This document shows positions 52,407-60,589 of a stretch of 60,589 bases of DNA, piece by piece. The position numbers were made by a program, and so were the translations under genes. Position 1 is the stretch's first letter. Each line of letters opens with the position of its first letter. The stretch is from NCBI RefSeq assembly GCF_001194135.2, contig NC_068999.1:38789377-38849965 (forward strand), read 5' to 3'. Below the pieces are notes generated by a model. The model ran no database searches. It had not been told where the DNA came from and worked only from the letters and a program-made list of their open reading frames with translations. The stretch comes from Octopus bimaculoides (lineage: Eukaryota).

Positions 52407-52808
52407 TTTTATCTTTTATCTTCTTCTTTCACTCATTAGACTGCTGCCAGGCTGGGGCACCATTTTCAAGAGTCTTTTAGTGAAACAAAATGGCCTCAGG
52501 GCCTCTTTTTTTTTATATTTAAAAATTTTTTTTTGCAAACCTGGTACATATTCAACCGATCTCTTTTGCTGAACTGCTAAATTAAAGGGACATAAACAAA
52601 CCAACGCTGGTCGTCAAGTGGTGGGAGGGTGGAATGAACACACACATACACACACATACACACATACATATACATACGACATGATTCTTTCAGCTTCTGT
52701 CCGCCAAATGCTCTCTCAAGGCTTTGGCTGGCTAAAGACTATAGTGGAATTCAATCCAGAACCATGTGGTTGGCAAGCAAGCTTCTTACCACACAACAAC
52801 ACCTTTGC

Positions 52809-52810
<2 letters not shown>
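52407..52810 (-). mobile_element. SINE family A, full length, old
   Basis: Tail ATCTTTTATC, 3' domain, internal (CA)n, CAAGGCTTTGG, head GCAAGCTTCTTACCACACA. Confidence 0.75.
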
Positions 52811-52846
<36 letters not shown>

Positions 52847-53815
52847 NNNNNNNNNNNNNNNNNNNNNNNNNNNNNNNNNNNNNNNNNNNNNNNNNNNNNN
52901 NNNNNNNNNNNNNNNNNNNNNNNNNNNNNNNNNNNNNNNNNNNNNNNNNNNNNNNNNNNNNNNNNNNNNNNNNNNNNNNNNNNNNNNNNNNNNNNNNNNN
53001 NNNNNNNNNNNNNNNNNNNNNNNNNNNNNNNNNNNNNNNNNNNNNNNNNNNNNNNNNNNNNNNNNNNNNNNNNNNNNNNNNNNNNNNNNNNNNNNNNNNN
53101 NNNNNNNNNNNNNNNNNNNNNNNNNNNNNNNNNNNNNNNNNNNNNNNNNNNNNNNNNNNNNNNNNNNNNNNNNNNNNNNNNNNNNNNNNNNNNNNNNNNN
53201 NNNNNNNNNNNNNNNNNNNNNNNNNNNNNNNNNNNNNNNNNNNNNNNNNNNNNNNNNNNNNNNNNNNNNNNNNNNNNNNNNNNNNNNNNNNNNNNNNNNN
53301 NNNNNNNNNNNNNNNNNNNNNNNNNNNNNNNNNNNNNNNNNNNNNNNNNNNNNNNNNNNNNNNNNNNNNNNNNNNNNNNNNNNNNNNNNNNNNNNNNNNN
53401 NNNNNNNNNNNNNNNNNNNNNNNNNNNNNNNNNNNNNNNNNNNNNNNNNNNNNNNNNNNNNNNNNNNNNNNNNNNNNNNNNNNNNNNNNNNNNNNNNNNN
53501 NNNNNNNNNNNNNNNNNNNNNNNNNNNNNNNNNNNNNNNNNNNNNNNNNNNNNNNNNNNNNNNNNNNNNNNNNNNNNNNNNNNNNNNNNNNNNNNNNNNN
53601 NNNNNNNNNNNNNNNNNNNNNNNNNNNNNNNNNNNNNNNNNNNNNNNNNNNNNNNNNNNNNNNNNNNNNNNNNNNNNNNNNNNNNNNNNNNNNNNNNNNN
53701 NNNNNNNNNNNNNNNNNNNNNNNNNNNNNNNNNNNNNNNNNNNNNNNNNNNNNNNNNNNNNNNNNNNNNNNNNNNNNNNNNNNNNNNNNNNNNNNNNNNN
53801 NNNNNNNNNNNNNNN

Positions 53816-53861
<46 letters not shown>

Positions 53862-53874
53862 CACACATATATAT

Positions 53875-53907
<33 letters not shown>

Positions 53908-53965
53908 CACACACACATATATATGTATATATATATATATGTATATTTATATACATACATGCATA

Positions 53966-54049
<84 letters not shown>

Positions 54050-54589
54050 CACACACACACACACCCACGCACAAAGACATAGATAGATGCATGCTTATAT
54101 ATATATATATAGATATATATAATATATATTTTTATATATATATTATGTATATGTGTGTCAATGTGGATCTGCATATATATATATATATGTATGTATACAT
54201 ATCTGTGTGTGTGCATGTGCGTGTGCATGGATATAATTGTGCATATATATAGATATATACACCCACACACCTTATGCATTCATCTATGTTGATGTGTGTG
54301 TATCCACCCACAAACAAATATATAATTGATATCATTCATTTTAACCTCCTCTCCTCCCTCCCCAGCCCTTGTTCTCATCCTTCTGTGATCACAATTATTA
54401 CCCAGCCATTGATATTTCCCCCATTGATAGGAAATGACTGATCTTATTTGAAGACGAACATTCTTGTCCCCCCCCCACCGACCTGCACCACCACCATCAC
54501 CCCTACAATCACCAATCTGCTCCTCTGCCTACTCCCAAATCTCCTCATCCCCCTCATAGTGTTATCAACATCATCGTCATTATTGTTAT

Positions 54590-54900
54590 CACAACCTTGC
54601 AAGCCACCACTGCCACCGCCAAAGCTGTCACCCTCATTTGCCATCATCATCATCATCATCACCATCATCGCCATTACCATTATCACCACCACCACCACCA
54701 CCAACACCACTATCATCATCACCATGACCTCAACACTTCCACTACAACAACCCTCACAACCACTGTGACCATCCTCATTCATCATTATCATCATCATCAT
54801 CATCATCACCACCGCCATGTTTGCAATCTTCACAACGACCACCACCACCTCCACCACCACCACCATCATCATCGTCATCATCATTATCATCATCACCAAC
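54590..54900. repeat. (CAC/CAT)n trinucleotide low-complexity tract
   Basis: Direct inspection; source of the poly-His, poly-Met and poly-Val ORFs. Confidence 0.9.
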
Positions 54901-55226
54901 AGTGTACATCTAACAGCTATGTTACCAATATCAAAGAATGGTTCCAGCGATAATTTGAAGTCAGTAGTGATTGTCATCCACGGACTCCCTCCTGTTTTCA
55001 TTTCTCTTGCTTCACACATTTTGTCAACCTAACAATAACAACAATAACAACAACAATAATATTGGATATTTCAAACGCCCACACATCCCTATTTTGTTTC
55101 TTTTTTTCTGATAGCATCTCTTTCTTCTGAGTTGGCCATCTCAATTACCTGGCAATTTTCCTATCAAAAAATCGGTTTCCTATTCCATCTGGCACTTGGA
55201 TCCATAGCACAATATTTCCAGCAGTA

Positions 55227-55269
<43 letters not shown>

Positions 55270-55409
55270 TGATGATGATAACAGTNNNNNNNNNNNNNNN
55301 NNNNNNNNNNNNNNNNNNNNNNNNNNNNNNNNNNNNNNNNNNNNNNNNNNNNNNNNNNNNNNNNNNNNNNNNNNNNNNNNNNNNNNNNNNNNNNNNNNNN
55401 NNNNNAGTA

Positions 55410-55452
<43 letters not shown>

Positions 55453-55777
55453 TGATGATGATAACAGTGGTGGTGGTGATGATGGTGGCTATGATGATGA
55501 TGGTGATGGTGATGATTGGTAACATAATCAGTAACACAATCACATAGGTAATGTTAGAAATGTGGTTCTTATCTCGCTAGATCGTCTTCCTTAGTATCCA
55601 TTATGGTTTAACAGATGTAAGCATGGCTATGTTCTTCAAAAGTCTGCTTTCGACTGGTCTTGAGTTCAATCCTATCTTATGCTACGTTTGTTTCTTGTCT
55701 TTCACCAGATACTCATGTTCATTGATGCAGTGTGAGAGAAATTTGATAAGCTGAGATCGTCCCATGTGTGTAGGTGT

Positions 55778-55810
<33 letters not shown>

Positions 55811-55919
55811 GAGACAATGCATGTGAGTGTACGTGAATGTGTGTCTATATATGTGTGTGCATGTGAGTGATCGTGTGTGTGAGAGTGTGTTTACATCCCT
55901 TTGCTCTCTGTCCCCTAAG

Positions 55920-56149
55920 CTAGTCTGGCAGAAACGTTAGCATGCCGGGCGAAATGCTTAGCAGCATTTTGTCTGTCTTTACGTTCTGAGTTCAAATTCC
56001 GCTGAGGTCAACTTTGCCTTTCATCCTTTCGGGGGTCGATAAATTAAGTACCAGTTACGCACTGGGATCGATCTAATCGACTTAATCTCTTTGTCTGTCC
56101 TTGTTTGTCCCCTCTATGTTTAGCCCCTTGTGGGCAATAAAGAAATAAG
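55920..56149 (+). mobile_element. SINE family D, full length
   Basis: CTGGCAGAAACGTTAGC..GAGTTCAAATTCC..CCTTTCATCCTTTCGGGGGTCGATAAATTAAGTACCAG..GGGCAATAAAGAAATA. Confidence 0.9.
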
Positions 56150-56309
56150 ATGTCAACAGTGTCCTGGCCAACAGAACAAGTAGCACACTTAGAAAATGGC
56201 CAACATTGATTTCCTGCAACCTTTGCTTTCCAAACCTTTCTGGATGATGGATTTCTCACAACAAGGGACGGTCACTTTGGTCAACACTCTCTAATTTAAA
56301 CAAACATTA

Positions 56310-56420
56310 ATTGGACATTTTGACAGGAGATGGCCAGCCAGAAGACTGCACTAGGCTTCTGTGTCTGTTTTGGTATGGTTTTTACGACTGGATGCCCTTC
56401 CTAACACCAACCACCCACCA
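56310..56420 (-). mobile_element. RTE 3' UTR (family B) fragment
   Basis: GGTTTTTACGACTGGATGCCCTTCCTAACACCAACCAC. Confidence 0.65.
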
Positions 56421-56526
56421 GATATATATATGTGTGCGTGTGTATGTATATGTATGTAAATATATATGTATACATGTATATGTAGAGAGATAGATATATG
56501 CACATGTTTGTGGGTGGGTTATTTTC

Positions 56527-56740
56527 TTTGCGTTTGTCTCCCTACCACTGCTTGACAACTGATGTTGGTTTGTTTATATCCCCGTAACTTTGCAGTTTGA
56601 CAAAAGAGACAAATACGGTAAGTAGCAGACTTATAATTAAGTACAGGCTGGAAAAGTGATCTCTTTGACCAAACCATTTTAGGCTGTCCCCCGGCACAGC
56701 CATAGTTCAATGATTTAAGCAAGTTAAAAAGAAGTAAAGG
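56527..56740 (+). mobile_element. SINE family A, 3' half, old
   Basis: CACTGCTTGACAACTGATGTTGG..CCCCGTAACTT..CAAAAGAGAC. Confidence 0.65.
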
Positions 56741-56790
56741 AAAAAGAAAAAAAAGAAAATGAAAGAAAAATAAAGGGTGGTATAAAAACA

Positions 56791-56838
<48 letters not shown>

Positions 56839-57844
56839 CTGCCCCTCCCTGCGATGATATTCCAGTTAACCAAAATTATATCAGCTCAAAATATGCATAT
56901 AAACTTTTGGACATCACCAACCCACGACAATTTTTTTTGTTAAAATGTCATTTTTTAATTTTTTAAAAATTTTTTTTTTAAGAGAACCAGTTTAAATTGT
57001 TGTAAAACGTTCAGAAGACTCTTAAAGACTTTATCTTTATAACAAAATGTGGTCTTAAATTTTACTTTTCATTTTTTTTTTGCTTTTGTTTACTTGTTTG
57101 GTTTTCAATGTTTTTTTTTTCCTTAAGTTGTTGCAGTTATTTGTTGTCTATTATTTTATAGACTGTAATGATTCAAAGCTGTTCTTTATCGTTTGCTTTT
57201 GTAATTGTTACAGTTGTTGTTGTTGTTGTTGTTATGTAGGCAAGCTACACATTTTTTTTTAACAATATCTACTCCAATAATACAATAAACAAAAAAAATA
57301 CAAAGTACCCCACCACACACACACACAAAAAAAACATTGTATTTAGCGGCATGTAATTTTTAATGTTTAACTTTTCTTCGTAGAGCTTCTATTACCTCAT
57401 AAAATTCCTTATCTCTTCTAGTTAATAGTGAATAATTTCTGAGAAAGAAACTTGTAACCATCTTCCTTCTGTGTTTCTTGTAACTGTTGCTGTTGTTGTT
57501 GTTATTTTGGTGGTGGTGGTGGCGGTGGTTAGGTTTCTCTTTTTGCTCTTATTTTTTTATGTATTTTTCTTTTCAAAGTAAATACAAAAAGAAAATAATA
57601 ATAATAATAATAACAACAACAACAACAACAATAATAATAATACATGAATTTCGAAGACTGCACAGCTATAGGGCTATTTATTTATGCAAATGGTGAAAGC
57701 AAATATCAATCAATGAAATTAAAACAACAATAAAAACAGAAAGAAACAAAAAAAAATTACATTGTTTTAAAGAGAAAAGACTTCGTATTATATTCATCTG
57801 CACAATGGCAATTATCTTCTACATTAAAAGTTTATGCTTTGCTC

Positions 57845-57886
<42 letters not shown>

Positions 57887-58532
57887 NNNNNNNNNNNNNN
57901 NNNNNNNNNNNNNNNNNNNNNNNNNNNNNNNNNNNNNNNNNNNNNNNNNNNNNNNNNNNNNNNNNNNNNNNNNNNNNNNNNNNNNNNNNNNNNNNNNNNN
58001 NNNNNNNNNNNNNNNNNNNNNNNNNNNNNNNNNNNNNNNNNNNNNNNNNNNNNNNNNNNNNNNNNNNNNNNNNNNNNNNNNNNNNNNNNNNNNNNNNNNN
58101 NNNNNNNNNNNNNNNNNNNNNNNNNNNNNNNNNNNNNNNNNNNNNNNNNNNNNNNNNNNNNNNNNNNNNNNNNNNNNNNNNNNNNNNNNNNNNNNNNNNN
58201 NNNTATGTGTGTGTGTGTAAGTGTCTGTGTTTGTATTATAAAAAGTAATATTATATCGAAGCTAATATACTTTATGTAAACAATATAAATTTCTATATAC
58301 TTTACCAAGTTATATAATTCAGATATGTTTTGTTTTTTGATTTGTAAATTACGTTGCAAAAAAAATCCAAGGCAGTTCTTGAACCTCCACATTATTGGGG
58401 CACAAACCTTTGACCTCCACAAATTAACTATTCAAAGGTTTTAATGCGTAACCTTCATTGTTTCCTTCATAGAAACCATAATGTATATATTCTTGATAAT
58501 CTGTGAGAAAGAGGAAACTAACAGAAAGTGAA

Positions 58533-58665
58533 AGCGTGTGGTGGAGTTCTTAGAGTGTTGTGCTTGTGGTTGCAAGGTTGCTGTTTCAATTCCTAGAGTG
58601 GCTGTGCATTGTGTTCTCAAGGGAAATACTTCATTTTATGTCACTCCAGTCCACTCATCCTGTGG
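58533..58665 (+). mobile_element. SINE family C, old
   Basis: GTTTCAATTCCTAG..TTGTGTTCTCAAGGGAAATACTTCATTT..CTCCAGTCCACTCA. Confidence 0.6.
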
Positions 58666-59839
58666 TGGTGTGATATTTTGCTCAAGGAAGAATGACTGCA
58701 GTTTATTTTATCAGCAAGTGAAGCAGATGGAATTTAAAGTTTGCTCCATTTTAGCAAAGATATAATTTAAAGCTTTCACAGTTGTGATGCGTCTATATAT
58801 TTGTTGATGGATGTGGTGGTGGTGGTGGTGGTGGTGGTGAGCACTGGATGAAACCTGATCAAATGTTTCATTGCTTATATTTTCCAGTGTTTGCATTTTT
58901 GTTAAATCTGTATAATGTGACTCAAAGGATTATTTGCCTGCTATTTCTTACAAATCAAGCTACAATTTAAAGGCATCTATGTCAATCATAAGTAGTAAAT
59001 ATAGTTGTTTGTTGCTGGTTAATCAATGTGAATTCTGTCCCTGAACACATCTTTATCGACCTTGTACTTACATCTTTAACACTTGTGAGAAATAAGGTAT
59101 CCTGCTTGACTATTGATTTTGGATGGCAGCATTTGACTATTTTCATTGAGGTCAGTTATCCTCACTTCATTGTTAGGCAGACTGTGCCTAATATTTGCAA
59201 CTTTAGTTAACATAGAGTATTAGTTTTTAAAAAAATGTTCTCTTTGGAAGATGTTTGTTGAAAAGAGATTCAAGTATTTCAATGAACAATGTTCCTTGAC
59301 TAATTCATGCAGCTGCCATTCAGAAAATGACAGAGATTTTCCTGAAGGAATTTGATAAGACAATGAGTAGTTTGTTGCCATGTTATCAAATTGAGTAATT
59401 GTATAGAAGTCTGCATTATTCTCTTAAAGCTTTGAACCCATAAACATGCTTTGGTGGGTGTGACTGAATTTGATTACAATACCTCTAGAAGGCACAAAAG
59501 TAGGCAGCTTCATGATTTTCTATTTATAGCTGGAAATAACAACAATCGAAGCTAATCAATACACCATAAAGGTAGAACCATGTGGCCACCAGTTTTTGTG
59601 TCTTCCAGGGCAAAATCATCAACTCCCAGAACGGTCAACCACTGGAAAGGATTGTAACACTTCAGCTCATTACTAAAGCAAGCTGAATTAATTCATCCAG
59701 CTCTGATATGAAAGTTTATGAACTACGCTTCATCTGCCAACTTGATGAACTGACCCTTATCAATATGATGACGACGATGACGATGATAACGACGATGATG
59801 ATGATTGTCATCATCGTCGTTATTATCGTCAGTATTGTT

Positions 59840-59945
59840 GTTGTTGTCTTCAATGTCCATTATTCCATGTTTGCATGGGTCAGACAGAATTCATTGAAGC
59901 AGATTTTTTATGGCTGGATGGCTTTCTTGTTGCCAAGATTCACGT
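59840..59945 (-). mobile_element. Family F fragment (RTE-type tail)
   Basis: Reverse strand GAAAGCCATCCAGCCATAAAAAATCTGC..GACCCATGCAAACATGGAATAATGGACATT. Confidence 0.55.
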
Positions 59946-60045
59946 TTTGGCTGAAAATGCTGCCATGTCAGACTGGAAGAGAGTGAATATTAAATTTATA
60001 TGATCTGTTGGCAAGCAGTAATGGGATGGGGACACACACACATAA

Positions 60046-60084
<39 letters not shown>

Positions 60085-60110
60085 TGCACACACAAATACA
60101 CACACACACA

Positions 60111-60267
60111 GCAGGCTTCTTTCAGATTCCGTCTACCAAATCCACTTATAAGGCTTTAGTCAGTTCCAGGCTATGGTAGAAGAGACTTGCCCAAGGTGCC
60201 ACACAGTAGTACTGAATGCAGAACCATGTCATTGAGAAGCAAGTCTCTTACCACACAGCTACTCCTG
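60111..60267 (-). mobile_element. SINE family A, 5' half
   Basis: GGCTTCTTTCAG..CCAAATCCAC..CTTGCCCAAGGTGCCAC..CTTACCACACAGCT. Confidence 0.8.
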
Positions 60268-60276
60268 TATATATAT

Positions 60277-60589
60277 CAGGTTATGAAAGTTACAGAGAGG
60301 GTCATAGCCCAACTAATTAGGGAGCGAATCAATTTAGATGAGATGCAGTTTGGGTTCGTGCCAGGTAAAAGCACTACTGATGCCTTATTTCTAGTGAGAC
60401 AGCTGCAGGAGAAATACCTAGCTAAGGATAAACCTCTGTACCTGGCTTTCGTTGACATGGAGAAAGCCTTTGACAGGGTCCCCCGATCCCGTATCTGGTG
60501 GTCAATGAGGAAACTTGGGATAGAAGAATGGTTAGTGAGAGCTGTGCGAGCCATGTACAGAGATGCTGCCAGTAAGGTGAGGGTTGGAA
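60277..60589 (+). mobile_element. RTE LINE reverse transcriptase, 5'-truncated, open frame running off the window
   Basis: Uninterrupted QVMKVTERVIAQLIRERINLDEMQFGFVPGKSTTDALFLVRQLQEKYLAKDKPLYLAFVDMEKAFDRVPRSRIWWSMRKLGIEEWLVRAVRAMYRDAASKVRVG. Absent from the ORF track because there is no stop in the window. Confidence 0.95.

Larger units (their letters stand above)
3666..58203. other. Eleven assembly gaps (N runs)
   Basis: 3666-3821, 22836-22896, 26529-26743, 32490-32815, 38411-38849, 42546-42847, 48711-49007, 50025-50074, 52847-53815, 55286-55405 and 57887-58203. All abut a microsatellite on at least one side, mostly (TA)n. Confidence 0.97.

Noticed and set aside
55222-55468. Direct repeat AGTATGAA(TAA)n(TGA)nTAACAGT on both sides of the 55286-55405 gap
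   Set aside because: Most likely a false duplication from unmerged contig ends; long reads would be needed to accept it.
409-58422. Numerous long ORFs rich in YI, CV, HT, poly-H/M/I or X
   Set aside because: These are translations of (TA)n, (TG)n, (CA)n and trinucleotide arrays, or read-through of N gaps. No protein signal.
60276-60554. 92-aa minus-strand ORF
   Set aside because: Antisense shadow of the RTE reverse transcriptase frame.
1-60589. CRISPR array, rRNA, or prokaryotic operon-type system
   Set aside because: No repeat-spacer periodicity, rRNA signatures or dense coding; the sequence is eukaryotic repeat-rich DNA.

Overview
Gene-poor, AT-rich, microsatellite-saturated animal genomic DNA with 11 assembly gaps. 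The repeat landscape suggests an octopus (coleoid cephalopod) scaffold; this is inference, not proven here. No host protein-coding exon could be supported, and nearly all long ORFs in the track are microsatellite or N-run artefacts. The real content is mobile-element debris: an internally deleted DD37D (maT-type) Tc1/mariner plus a second TIR-end fragment; RTE LINE fragments of at least three subfamilies; tandem R4/Dong-like fragments in (TAA)n; a CR1/L2-group 3' fragment; many tRNA-derived SINEs of several families; and a Penelope-like GIY-YIG module. The most notable signal is a set of four type I hammerhead-ribozyme motifs of two architectures (6806, 9497, 20024, 36557), all with palindromic stem III. 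One lies downstream of an RT-less Penelope-like endonuclease ORF that is bracketed by a perfect 24-bp inverted repeat and whose Zn-knuckle is hidden by compensating frameshifts.
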